Shown here in pieces: positions 1 to 8,408 of a stretch of 39,773 nucleotides of DNA. Under the pieces are notes generated by a model. It did no database searches, was not told where the DNA came from, and worked only from the letters and a program-made list of their open reading frames with translations. Both the position numbers and the translations under genes were made by a program. The stretch spans positions 1 to 39,773 of IMG/VR virus record IMGVR_UViG_3300031260_000014; one strand, given 5' to 3'. Positions within the stretch are counted from its first letter, which is position 1. Each line of letters starts with the position of its first letter. The DNA comes from a virus. Taxonomy: Duplodnaviria; Caudoviricetes.

Positions 1-73
1 AGGCCCAAAACAGTATTATGACATTGTTTTGATATAGTATATTAAAAAGATTGAATTATTTTTAAAATAGTTG

Positions 74-102
74 TTGACAAGACAACATATAAATGTTATA
101 AT
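74..102 (+). promoter_or_regulatory. sigma-A/70 consensus promoter (phage early)
   Basis: TTGACA (74-79), 17 bp spacer, TATAAT (97-102), with extended -10 TG. Confidence 0.85.
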
Positions 103-145
103 AAGGTATAAGTTAAATCAGGCGAACCAAAATGGAGGTTTAAAA

Positions 146-367
146 ATGGATTACAAAGCAAGGTATCAGGAAGTTATTTCAAGTGGCAAATACATTGGCA
201 CAATGAATAAGATTAAAGCACTAGCACAGTTAAATTATAATAACAACAAATCAGAAGGCAAAATTGAAGCAATTGCATTGGCTATTGAAGATTTTGAATG
301 TATGACCGGGAATTATATTGACCCAACAAGAGAACAGTATGACGATATTGAAGAAAGTATATTTTAA
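146..367 (+). CDS. hypothetical phage early protein (73 aa)
   Basis: ORF 71..367; real start most likely ATG 146 after GGAGG, since the upstream part of the ORF is the promoter. Confidence 0.75.
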   Translation: MDYKARYQEVISSGKYIGTMNKIKALAQLNYNNNKSEGKIEAIALAIEDFECMTGNYIDPTREQYDDIEESIF

Positions 368-376
368 ATAATTTTA

Positions 377-404
377 AAAACCCTCTTGACAATAAGGGGG
401 TTTT
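377..404 (+). terminator. intrinsic terminator hairpin overlapping the next -35 box
   Basis: AAAACCCTCTT-gacaat-AAGGGGGTTTT (11 bp, one G.U) just after stop at 367. Confidence 0.65.
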
Positions 405-414
405 GTGTTATTAT
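386..414 (+). promoter_or_regulatory. sigma-A promoter with no downstream ORF
   Basis: TTGACA-17-TATTAT with extended TG. Confidence 0.65.
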
Positions 415-666
415 TAAATCAAATAAGGGGAAGAGCATACCAACGGCAAATGGGCGGGTGGAAACAGCGAAGGTTCAATTAACGCTTTAGTTGAGTAAAG
501 TGTAAAATAGCCGATTTGAGCGACTTTATTTTTGTTTTAATATAAGTGTTCGGCTATGGTATAAAATCGGTTGTATAGGCTCAAAAAGTGCCTCAAACAA
601 TGCGGAAAAACTTATATTAAATCCGGTTAGTTGGATTAATTTTGTTCGGCGATTTGGATTTTGTGC

Positions 667-695
667 TTGACATTTGTTTGTGATAGGTGTATAAT
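667..695 (+). promoter_or_regulatory. sigma-A consensus promoter
   Basis: TTGACA-17-TATAAT upstream of AAGGAGG RBS. Confidence 0.85.
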
Positions 696-725
696 GTTCT
701 TAACAACACAAAGGAGGATATTATT

Positions 726-902
726 ATGAATGACGAATTAAGGAGCAGATACGACGAATTAAGGCGATATGGTGAGATTATACTGGATATTCAGAGCAAT
801 GACGAAACTGGCTCATATCGGCAATTAAGGTTCTATTATATGGATAAGATAACAGATGTTCGGCTCAAGAATGGTGAAATTATTTCTATAAAAGATTTAT
901 AA
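726..902 (+). CDS. hypothetical phage early protein (58 aa)
   Basis: ORF 687..902; ATG 726 follows AAAGGAGG. Confidence 0.75.
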   Translation: MNDELRSRYDELRRYGEIILDIQSNDETGSYRQLRFYYMDKITDVRLKNGEIISIKDL

Positions 903-927
903 AAAGGGTTGACAACAACCCTTTTTT
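901..927 (+). terminator. intrinsic terminator hairpin overlapping the next -35 box
   Basis: perfect AAAAAGGGTTG-acaa-CAACCCTTTTT followed by T. Confidence 0.75.
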
Positions 928-937
928 GTGGTATAAT
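909..937 (+). promoter_or_regulatory. sigma-A consensus promoter
   Basis: TTGACA-17-TATAAT with extended TG. Confidence 0.85.
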
Positions 938-1227
938 AAGGTATAAATTAAATTAAGAGCCAACTGGGGCGAATAGGTTTACCGAATGGGGTACGCTAAA
1001 CATCGCACCTGCAATAAATTATTTTTACAGAAATTGGTAAAAATGGGATTTGTGCTTTAGCGGATTAAAGCGGTAAATTATTAAAGTGGCTCCGAGCGAA
1101 TTTTTAATATCGGGGTAATCGTACGGACAAAATCGCCGGGGTAATCGGTAAAAATAATTTCGCCACGGCAAAATAAAATTAAAAATAATAAAATTATTTC
1201 GTTATAAAAGAAAAAAGGAGATATAAA

Positions 1228-1701
1228 ATGATAGTTTTTAAAATGAACATGAGTGAAATGCCAATCTCATGTAATTATTGTGTCGGAAGACATATTTGCA
1301 AACCAGAACTAAATTTAAGTCCACGTGATACAAAACAGATTGTCACATTTTTAGAACACTGTCCCCTACTAGAAATACCCGACCCAAAACCAGAACTAAC
1401 ATTAACCCAACATGAGCATGATTTAATATCAATTATAAAGAAGGTGTATCCAGATGCGGAATCTATTGTAATATATGATAAATATGATGAGATTTATTTT
1501 GTTTCAAATCCAATGTTGGCGACATGGCATAGTATAGAAGATAATAAATTTGGATATCGTGCCGTAGGATTAGTGGATTTATTTAATAAACATAAACTAC
1601 CTACGCTACTATTAGAACTTACAGAAACAATACTTTCAAAAGAGTTTTATATTGACCAACTACTATCCCGCACAATCAGAAAGGAGAATCTAGATGCATA
1701 A
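1228..1701 (+). CDS. hypothetical protein with N-terminal Cys motif (MPxSCxxC...CPL)
   Basis: ORF with AAGGAG RBS. Confidence 0.75.
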   Translation: MIVFKMNMSEMPISCNYCVGRHICKPELNLSPRDTKQIVTFLEHCPLLEIPDPKPELTLTQHEHDLISIIKKVYPDAESIVIYDKYDEIYFVSNPMLATWHSIEDNKFGYRAVGLVDLFNKHKLPTLLLELTETILSKEFYIDQLLSRTIRKENLDA

Positions 1702-1930
1702 ACCAAAATCTAAAACAAAAATGAAAATTTCAAATATAAAAATAAGTTCAAATTTTGAAACCCACCCCCCACGTTGGGAGAAGGTTATGAAATGTTATAA
1801 CCATTATGTCCAGACGGGAGACTTAGGCAAACCTATATTAGTGTCGAATGGAATATTGGTTGATAATTATGTAGTATATTTAGTCGCAAAAATGTTTGGT
1901 GTAGAAGAAGTAGAAGTGGATGAGATTTAA
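1694..1930 (+). CDS. small protein resembling a degenerate ParB/Srx-like domain
   Basis: KPILVSNGILVDNYVVYLVAKMFGVEEVEV resembles the ParB PI.V....L.DG..R..A...G...V pattern without the catalytic G/R; AAGGAG RBS. Confidence 0.55.
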   Translation: MHKPKSKTKMKISNIKISSNFETHPPRWEKVMKCYNHYVQTGDLGKPILVSNGILVDNYVVYLVAKMFGVEEVEVDEI

Positions 1931-2159
1931 AATGATTTATGTATATGAAAGTCATATGGGAGGACTATATGCAGGAGATTATGAATTAAGTTATGAGCAG
2001 AGATATTGTGACATTTGTAATGACTCAGATGGCTTTATGGGTCGTGCCAATGATGAAAAAGAATTATTCGATTTGCTAAAAGTATTTTCAGAAGATTATG
2101 ATGACGAATATATTGAGTATTTCTTTAATGAAACTTGTGAGAGGTATTTTAATGAGTAG
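1920..2159 (+). CDS. hypothetical acidic protein with CxxC
   Basis: ORF in tightly packed cluster; start could be 1932. Confidence 0.7.
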   Translation: MRFKMIYVYESHMGGLYAGDYELSYEQRYCDICNDSDGFMGRANDEKELFDLLKVFSEDYDDEYIEYFFNETCERYFNE

Positions 2160-2322
2160 ATTTGAAAAATTTACAGAAGATGAAGTATATATTCTATTCC
2201 GTCAAGCAATGGAGTCGTCAGCGGAGATTGTTTTATCGGACAATTATAATAAACAAGAAATTAAAATTCATAATGATTTATTAAATGAACTGATTGATGA
2301 GTTGAGAAGAAGGGAAAAATAA
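2152..2322 (+). CDS. hypothetical protein
   Basis: ORF 2098..2322; ATG 2152 after GAGAGG. Confidence 0.65.
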   Translation: MSRFEKFTEDEVYILFRQAMESSAEIVLSDNYNKQEIKIHNDLLNELIDELRRREK

Positions 2323-2323
2323 T

Positions 2324-2548
2324 ATGAGTTTAAGTATTAGAGAAGATGTAAATAAAATTTTAGGTAGAAAATATAATGTAGAATACGAAATGGCAAATGG
2401 CAGATGTGCAACATTTAACAACACACTAGTTAATGTTGATGGAATTTATTTTTGGTTTGAAAATGAAGAGGATGGATTGGCATTAGTTCGTCAAGATAGA
2501 GTCACATTTATGTATTGTACAGATAGGAGGCAAGAGAATGAACGTTAA
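2324..2548 (+). CDS. hypothetical protein
   Basis: ORF abutting neighbours. Confidence 0.7.
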   Translation: MSLSIREDVNKILGRKYNVEYEMANGRCATFNNTLVNVDGIYFWFENEEDGLALVRQDRVTFMYCTDRRQENER

Positions 2549-3205
2549 AGAATTAATGTCAGAACTGCAAAGCAAAATTGTCCTTGATGTTAAAGAAGGG
2601 CAGATTTTATGCCCCGACTGCAAAGGGCTAAGATTCAAATATACCGAAAAAGAAGACAGCGGATTTATTACCAATTGCACAAGATGTCATAATGGAAAAT
2701 TATATTTTGTCCTGACTGTGAAGACTATAACCAAACAGACTATTGCAACTGCACCGCATCTTGGAATAGACGAAACTCAGAATCAGAAGCAAAAAAGATT
2801 GCAACCGCAACTAAAGTAGATATTAAAGACTATAACGGTATGTTAAAATCTCTTATATATGAAGAAAGAGTCATCGACAAAGATGAATTTTACGATGAGT
2901 ATTTTGACAATTTTGATGCTGATTCCCCTAAATATGTATGGGCAATGAAACCGTATTTAGTAGTTCGCCCCGGAGATTTAGATGTTTATGACTATATTTT
3001 AAGAGTGTCAGAAGATGGTTATGAAGATATGTATGAAAGACTTGATATTGATTCTCCACTACTTGTCGCCGCAAATAAACTTATCCAAGAGTGGTATAAA
3101 GAGAACGAAGCAATGATGTATGCTTATGCAGAAGATTATAGCACAATGGTAGACATTTCATCTTGGTACAAAGATTTATTTGACGCAAATAAAGATTATA
3201 TTTAA
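2538..3205 (+). pseudogene. Cys-rich (Zn-binding) protein split by a 1-nt frameshift near 2705-2708
   Basis: ORF 2538 reads ...CPDC...CTRCHNGKLYF; adding one T gives CPDCEDYNQTDYCNC... which continues without stops into ORF 2840..3205. Confidence 0.7.
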
Positions 3206-3212
3206 AAACCAC

Positions 3213-3241
3213 TTGACAAACTTAATGTATTGTGATATAAT
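3213..3241 (+). promoter_or_regulatory. sigma-A consensus promoter
   Basis: TTGACA-17-TATAAT with extended TG. Confidence 0.85.
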
Positions 3242-3261
3242 ACAGAAAAAGGAGGATTAAC

Positions 3262-3483
3262 ATGATAAGACAAATTCCAAGAAAGTTTCAATACAAATCA
3301 ATATTCCCACGCATTTCGTGGCATTATTGCGAATTATGTGGCAGAGAGTTTAGGTTAGAACCGGGTTGGAAGATTAATTATTCAAGACCAGATGAGCGTA
3401 ATTGGGGATATCATTGTGTTTGTGGAAGATGCAAACCATCTGAGGAAGATATTGATGAGTATGTAGATGATATAAGTCGATAG
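3262..3483 (+). CDS. small zinc-finger-like protein
   Basis: CELC...CxCxxC; AAGGAGG RBS. Confidence 0.75.
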   Translation: MIRQIPRKFQYKSIFPRISWHYCELCGREFRLEPGWKINYSRPDERNWGYHCVCGRCKPSEEDIDEYVDDISR

Positions 3484-3491
3484 GAGAACAA

Positions 3492-3656
3492 ATGATTAAA
3501 AATATTATAGTATATTTTTTAAGAAAATATCTTTACAAACAATGCTATTCAGAAAGACATGACGGCTGTGCCGATTGTCTTTGGTATGATGAAGAATTAG
3601 GAGTTTGTTACTTGGCTAGGGCAATAGATAGATACGATTATTATGGAGGATATTAA
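3492..3656 (+). CDS. hypothetical protein (54 aa; not in ORF track)
   Basis: AGGAG RBS, ATG 3492, TAA 3654-3656; contains CADC. Confidence 0.6.
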   Translation: MIKNIIVYFLRKYLYKQCYSERHDGCADCLWYDEELGVCYLARAIDRYDYYGGY

Positions 3657-3675
3657 ACAGAAAGGAGATTAAATT

Positions 3676-3837
3676 ATGGGAGCCGCACAGATAATTATGA
3701 TATTTTGGTTATCGCTTGGAGTTTTTGTGTCTATAATGGAAGATGGAAAACCAAAAGAAAACTACTCAGCTAATAAAGCAATTATTGGTACAACAATATA
3801 TGTTGCATTGCTTTGGTGGGGAGGATTTTGGGGATAG
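3676..3837 (+). CDS. small two-TM membrane protein (53 aa; not in ORF track)
   Basis: AAGGAG RBS; MGAAQIIMIFWLSLGVFV...ALLWWGGFWG. Confidence 0.7.
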   Translation: MGAAQIIMIFWLSLGVFVSIMEDGKPKENYSANKAIIGTTIYVALLWWGGFWG

Positions 3838-3848
3838 GAGCATATAAC

Positions 3849-4007
3849 ATGGATTTATTAATTACATTGAATGAAAAAGAAATAAAAATATTAAAGCACC
3901 TAATATGTGCAGAGCAAATAAGGATGCCGGATAATATAAAAATACTGCAACATATTGAATATAATTTAGACGAATTAGATGAATTGTATTTTAAACTAGA
4001 TATTTAA
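3849..4007 (+). CDS. hypothetical protein
   Basis: ORF 3813..4007; ATG 3849 after AGGAG. Confidence 0.6.
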   Translation: MDLLITLNEKEIKILKHLICAEQIRMPDNIKILQHIEYNLDELDELYFKLDI

Positions 4008-4170
4008 TTAGTGATTGTAATTAATTATGAATTTAGGATTAAACCCTATAAGGTATAAATCACCAAATCTGATACAAGATTACACCCGATAGGGGCGAAG
4101 TAGCATTTTGGGTGGTTAGAATGTAACTTATACTTTAAGTTAATACCCGAATGGGCGAAAGGAGAGAGCC

Positions 4171-4377
4171 ATGAGTGAAATAGAACGAGGTGCAATAGTA
4201 CAATTCAGAGCGGATTGGGAAAATGAACCCACTCTGGCGAACATAGGAATCATCAAAAGAGTTGCAAAGGATAAGAGTTGGGCAGATGTCTCTACACTAT
4301 TTGGCAAGAAGAGGGTTAAAAACCCATCGGAAAACCTGAAAGTTATTACCGAGCCTTTGGTAGCCTATATCTGTTAA
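4171..4377 (+). CDS. hypothetical protein (possible SH3/KOW-like beta fold)
   Basis: AAGGAG RBS directly after repeat; GAIVQF...GIIKRV pattern. Confidence 0.7.
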   Translation: MSEIERGAIVQFRADWENEPTLANIGIIKRVAKDKSWADVSTLFGKKRVKNPSENLKVITEPLVAYIC

Positions 4378-4410
4378 TGCCCGAATGGGCGAGGGAGAGA
4401 GACTAAACAA

Positions 4411-4599
4411 ATGAACATAACATATATAACACAAGGTTGGTTATGCCCAGTATGCTGTCGCAAACCAACACGCATGTCTGACTGTATTGCCTGCCAAGCC
4501 GAAAAACAAATGCCACACGACTACTGTTGCTTAATGGAGTGCGGACAGCATGAGTTTTGCAGAGGATGTGATAAAGGTATTTATTTGAAATTAGATTAA
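4411..4599 (+). CDS. Cys-rich small protein
   Basis: several CxxC pairs; lies between two repeats. Confidence 0.6.
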   Translation: MNITYITQGWLCPVCCRKPTRMSDCIACQAEKQMPHDYCCLMECGQHEFCRGCDKGIYLKLD

Positions 4600-4624
4600 C
4601 ACCCGAATGGGTGAGGAGGTAGTG

Positions 4625-4813
4625 ATGGAACACATAGGTAGCCAAAACATTGACGAGTGGTGTAACTTTTGCGGTGACGGAAAGGATAAGCAGTGGGCAG
4701 ATGGTTGGGCGATAATAGACCAAACGCACACTGAACGCCTTGTAACGATACTATTCTGCCCCATGTGTGGAAGGAAATTAACGGAAGGATTGGAGGTAGC
4801 CAATGAGATATAA
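4625..4813 (+). CDS. zinc-ribbon small protein
   Basis: CNFC...FCPMCGRKL; GAGGAGG RBS after repeat. Confidence 0.75.
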   Translation: MEHIGSQNIDEWCNFCGDGKDKQWADGWAIIDQTHTERLVTILFCPMCGRKLTEGLEVANEI

Positions 4814-5252
4814 ATTCCGAGGGAAGCGGGTGGATGGTCAGGGTTGGGTGATTGGGTGGTCACTTGGGCCGAATCTCATCATACCATTAGATACAAAATA
4901 CACCAATACAAGCATGGGGCTGATACTACACGATTATTACGAAGTCATCCCCGAATCCGTCGGTCAATGGACTGGTCTGGTGGATGGGCATGGCAAGGAG
5001 ATTTACGAGGGGGATATTTTGAGGGCAACTCCAAACGGAGAAGAACATATAGGTGTTGTCGAATACGATGTGGGCGAAGCACAATGGTTTGGAGCGAAGG
5101 ACTTTCTCGGATATGCCGTTGCTTATTCTGGTGCAGAAATCATAGGAAACATCCACGACAAAATTTGCGACTACAAGAATACAGGATGTGGAAATTGTGA
5201 GGTGCCAAATGAACTCAGAAGATGTAACCCCGAACTGATGGAGGTGGAGTGA
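4803..5252 (+). CDS. YopX family protein
   Basis: YKFRGKR..G.WV.G, PESVGQWTGL.D..GKEIYEGDI, IGNIHD...NPEL. Confidence 0.85.
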   Translation: MRYKFRGKRVDGQGWVIGWSLGPNLIIPLDTKYTNTSMGLILHDYYEVIPESVGQWTGLVDGHGKEIYEGDILRATPNGEEHIGVVEYDVGEAQWFGAKDFLGYAVAYSGAEIIGNIHDKICDYKNTGCGNCEVPNELRRCNPELMEVE

Positions 5253-5407
5253 TGAGCAATACCACATATAAATATACTGACCTAAAAATTAGAATGGTTG
5301 AAGTAGAATTTGAGAATTGGGAGAATGACGGCTATATTAATAAAACTTATTTTGAGATAGTAGATGATGACGGCAACGTATATTTAACACTTGATAGTTT
5401 GGGCTAA
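5252..5407 (+). CDS. hypothetical protein (51 aa; not in ORF track)
   Basis: GGAGG RBS, start overlaps YopX stop (TGATG), TAA 5405-5407. Confidence 0.6.
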   Translation: MSNTTYKYTDLKIRMVEVEFENWENDGYINKTYFEIVDDDGNVYLTLDSLG

Positions 5408-5418
5408 AGGAGATAATT

Positions 5419-5604
5419 ATGGATAATATTGTTCTTCCGCAGTTTTATGAAATATTCGACGATGGAACAGAAATATGTTTTTTATTTAATTGCATATGTG
5501 AACATAAAGGAAATTGTAAAGAGTGTGAGACTTTGATAGGGTATGAGGAGTATATCTCAACGCATCCTATTAACTGGTCAGAAGAAGAGGATTATTGGAG
5601 TTAA
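5419..5604 (+). CDS. Cys-rich hypothetical protein
   Basis: ORF with AAGGAG RBS. Confidence 0.65.
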   Translation: MDNIVLPQFYEIFDDGTEICFLFNCICEHKGNCKECETLIGYEEYISTHPINWSEEEDYWS

Positions 5605-5606
5605 AT

Positions 5607-5924
5607 ATGGATAGATTAACAAAACATGATTCAGATATTGGATATTATGTAGATGAAAGTTTAGTAGACGAATATGCTACAAATATTACATCGGTAAATA
5701 ATTTTACAATAGTAAGATTGGGCGAAGCAATTACAAAATTAGCAGAATTGGAAAATATGATTGAAGAAGGGGATTTAGTACAGGCTGTTAGGTGTATGGA
5801 TTGTATGAATTGGGTTGAATCTACTACTGGACATAAATATTGTGACCAGTGGAGTACGGATGGTGATAGACGTTATACTTCAGCAGATGACTATTGTAGT
5901 TATGGTGACAGGAGGATTAAATGA
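5607..5924 (+). CDS. hypothetical phage protein (VRCxDC...YCSYG C-terminus)
   Basis: ORF 5595..5924; likely start ATG 5607 after GGAG. Confidence 0.7.
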   Translation: MDRLTKHDSDIGYYVDESLVDEYATNITSVNNFTIVRLGEAITKLAELENMIEEGDLVQAVRCMDCMNWVESTTGHKYCDQWSTDGDRRYTSADDYCSYGDRRIK

Positions 5925-6211
5925 ACCCTACATACTTAATTATGATTGAAGATTTACTTCAATACGCAAAAAACATTGATTATTTTAATATGACTAAAAG
6001 CGATTTTAGAGAATTTTACGAATCTATATACGATGCAGTTAATAATCAAATAGAAGCAAGACCAATTAGCCGCATGAAATATTCTATTGGCGACAGTGCA
6101 GAGATTTATGATTCTGGTCGTTGTCCAGAGTGTAACGAACTTTTGCGTGATAAGGAGAATTTTTGTCCTAATTGTGGTAAAGCATTAGATTGGGTATCTC
6201 CAAATGACTAA
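5921..6211 (+). CDS. zinc-ribbon protein
   Basis: CPEC...FCPNCGKALDW; AGGAGG RBS. Confidence 0.75.
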   Translation: MNPTYLIMIEDLLQYAKNIDYFNMTKSDFREFYESIYDAVNNQIEARPISRMKYSIGDSAEIYDSGRCPECNELLRDKENFCPNCGKALDWVSPND

Positions 6212-6230
6212 ATATACAGAGGTGATTTAA

Positions 6231-6539
6231 ATGGAATGTATTAAAAACAAATGTAAATATTATCAAGACCATTTATTTAATGCGAGTTGTTTTGAATGTA
6301 ATCTTGGCTCAAGAACATATAAAAAAGAGTATTTTATTGATTGTATTATAGATGAAAAAATTGGAGATTTGTCTGATAGGATAAGGGAATTATACAAGCA
6401 AAGAGACATTATTGTTGCAGTAAATTCTAAAAAAGAATTAAAAAATTTGGTTAAATGTACAAGATGTGGGGTATATACTATAAATGAAGGCGGGCTTTGC
6501 GATGATTGTTTAGATTGGGAGGGAGTGGAGGAGGATTAG
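6231..6539 (+). CDS. Cys-rich hypothetical protein
   Basis: GAGGTG RBS; CTRC...CDDC. Confidence 0.7.
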   Translation: MECIKNKCKYYQDHLFNASCFECNLGSRTYKKEYFIDCIIDEKIGDLSDRIRELYKQRDIIVAVNSKKELKNLVKCTRCGVYTINEGGLCDDCLDWEGVEED

Positions 6540-6540
6540 T

Positions 6541-6717
6541 ATGATTATATTGGCAGTAGTTATTGCAGTGGTTATATCTGTTGCTGTGTCATATTTTATT
6601 ATGGTAGATGCGGTTAAAAGATGTATTGATTTTACTGGCGACTTAGCAGAGCAATCTGATGATTTCACATATGATGTTATGAGAAGTCATATTGATAAGT
6701 GGCATAAAGGAGATTAA
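6541..6717 (+). CDS. small membrane protein (58 aa; not in ORF track)
   Basis: GGAGGAGG RBS; hydrophobic N-terminus MIILAVVIAVVISVAVSYFIM; TAA 6715-6717. Confidence 0.65.
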   Translation: MIILAVVIAVVISVAVSYFIMVDAVKRCIDFTGDLAEQSDDFTYDVMRSHIDKWHKGD

Positions 6718-6718
6718 G

Positions 6719-7258
6719 ATGAGTAAATTTAAAGTAGGCGACATTGTTGTTGTAGCAGACCCAACTAGGTCATTTGTTGGTATTGTTTTAAAACATAGAG
6801 AAGTTACAAATGTATATAATATTTTTACCAATGCTTTTGGCTCCGCAGTGTATTCCGCACATCCCGAATATATTTATAATATAAACGAAGTCGAATCTGC
6901 GAGAGAATTTATTAATAATTATTTTGACAAACAAATCAATGAGAGAAAAGCAAATTTCAAAGATTTTGAAAAATATGATTCTAATGCGGAAAAATTAGAA
7001 AAATACAATAAATTAAGAGAATTAATTACTAAAAACTGTGAGCGAATTGTCGGTGCGAATATTGACGAATTTGAACGCAGACTAAAAGAAATTTGCAAAC
7101 TTAAAAAGGAAATTTTTTCTATTGAACTCGATGGAGCAGATAATATTAGAAAACACAACTATAATATCAGCCGTTCAATTATGACCCTTGAGGCAAATAA
7201 AAAAGCATTATTAGAAAAAATATCTGATAAGGAGATTGAAAAATGGTTGAATTTTTAG
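6719..7258 (+). CDS. hypothetical protein (KFKVGDIV N-terminus plus coiled coil)
   Basis: ORF 6692..7258; ATG 6719 after AAGGAG. Confidence 0.75.
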   Translation: MSKFKVGDIVVVADPTRSFVGIVLKHREVTNVYNIFTNAFGSAVYSAHPEYIYNINEVESAREFINNYFDKQINERKANFKDFEKYDSNAEKLEKYNKLRELITKNCERIVGANIDEFERRLKEICKLKKEIFSIELDGADNIRKHNYNISRSIMTLEANKKALLEKISDKEIEKWLNF

Positions 7259-7422
7259 ACAATAGCACCAAATGGTATTTATTAGACCACGAAGGTTTTT
7301 GCAAAGAAGTTAAACGATGGGAGTCAACCCTTGACAATACATATGAACACTGTATTGTTAAAAATGTCATGCAAGGTATGATGGATACATTATATGATTA
7401 TCTTGATTATGTGGAGGATTAA
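7243..7422 (+). CDS. hypothetical protein (59 aa; not in ORF track)
   Basis: AAGGAG RBS, ATG 7243, TAA 7420-7422. Confidence 0.6.
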   Translation: MVEFLDNSTKWYLLDHEGFCKEVKRWESTLDNTYEHCIVKNVMQGMMDTLYDYLDYVED

Positions 7423-7773
7423 ATGGGTACAAATTTTTATATGATGACCAAGAACAAGCAAAATAATCTTGGCGATAAACAATTTCTGGAAGACACCCCC
7501 GATTGGGGATATTCTATCCATATTGCTAAAGTTTCAGCAGGTTGGCCTCCAATCTACGAAGCACATGAGCATATTAAATGTGTGAACGATATTAAGTCCG
7601 TATATGATTCTGACCAGTGTATTATATATGATGAATATTATGAGATATATGATTGGGATAAATTTGTTAAAAGAGTAGTTTTACACGGCAAAGATATTAA
7701 ATTGCCGCCAGAGGATGAGTGGGCGACTTTAAACGAATGGGAAGAGAGGTTTTATGATGGTGAATTTTCTTAA
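7423..7773 (+). CDS. conserved phage hypothetical protein (MGTNFY...HIAKxSAGW...DEY...GEFS)
   Basis: GGAGG RBS; recognisable phage motif pattern. Confidence 0.75.
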   Translation: MGTNFYMMTKNKQNNLGDKQFLEDTPDWGYSIHIAKVSAGWPPIYEAHEHIKCVNDIKSVYDSDQCIIYDEYYEIYDWDKFVKRVVLHGKDIKLPPEDEWATLNEWEERFYDGEFS

Positions 7774-7963
7774 ACGCAGAAAATTAGAACGCTCAACTCC
7801 AAAATTAGCAATACTGAGTTTTGAGTTTGTGTACCCATTATATTTATGCCCAAAATGCAGGAGTATTGTAGGAGATTTTAGACACAATATCCGGCTCCCA
7901 ATATCTGAATGTGAAAAATGTAATCAGGCGATTGAGCAAGATGTTAACAAATATAAGCCATAA
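7757..7963 (+). CDS. zinc-ribbon protein
   Basis: CPKC...CEKC; GAGAGG RBS. Confidence 0.6.
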   Translation: MVNFLKRRKLERSTPKLAILSFEFVYPLYLCPKCRSIVGDFRHNIRLPISECEKCNQAIEQDVNKYKP

Positions 7964-7992
7964 AAAATTTTAAGAGATATTTCAAAAACCGC

Positions 7993-8021
7993 TTGACATA
8001 TCTCTTTTTATATGGTATAAT
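7993..8021 (+). promoter_or_regulatory. sigma-A consensus promoter overlapped by a hairpin (7972-8006)
   Basis: TTGACA-17-TATAAT; AAGAGATAT...ATATCTCTT inverted repeat followed by T run. Confidence 0.85.
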
Positions 8022-8052
8022 AAGGGTACATTAAATCAAAGGAGGATTTGTT

Positions 8053-8391
8053 ATGAAAGTTTATTTGGTTCAAAAGTCGTGGGGTTCATTCGACGACTAT
8101 GGCACAACAATTGATAAGGTTTTTATTGACAAGACAAAAGCAGAAGATTATATTAAAAAGTATAATAAAGAACTAAAAAAGAAAGTTAAACAATATCATA
8201 AATGTCAAGACTGTATGATTCACTATGATGGTAGTATTGATGAGATTAAAGCAAATTGCAAAATCGCAGATATTGTAGTTGATACTGAATATTACGACTA
8301 TACATATTGCAAAGCAGAGATGAATTATTATAGGTCAGAAGATTTACACCAAGCAGGACTTATTGAGATGGAAACCGAAGATGATAAATAA
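8053..8391 (+). CDS. hypothetical protein (MKVYLV...VF..K.KAE phage motif)
   Basis: AAGGAGG RBS. Confidence 0.75.
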   Translation: MKVYLVQKSWGSFDDYGTTIDKVFIDKTKAEDYIKKYNKELKKKVKQYHKCQDCMIHYDGSIDEIKANCKIADIVVDTEYYDYTYCKAEMNYYRSEDLHQAGLIEMETEDDK

Positions 8392-8408
8392 TACTAATGG
8401 AGGCAAAA

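Larger units (their letters stand above)
4084..4614 (+). repeat. dispersed hairpin repeat TTAAYRCCCGAATGGGYGA at gene boundaries (3 copies plus 1 degenerate)
   Basis: cores at 4146-4158, 4380-4392, 4602-4614; degenerate ACCCGATAGGGGCGA at 4084-4098. Confidence 0.75.

Noticed and set aside
415-1227. tRNA genes or a known riboswitch in the early intergenic regions
   Set aside because: No cloverleaf, T-loop (GTTCRA with closing stem) or recognisable aptamer consensus seen by eye; kept only as ncRNA candidates.
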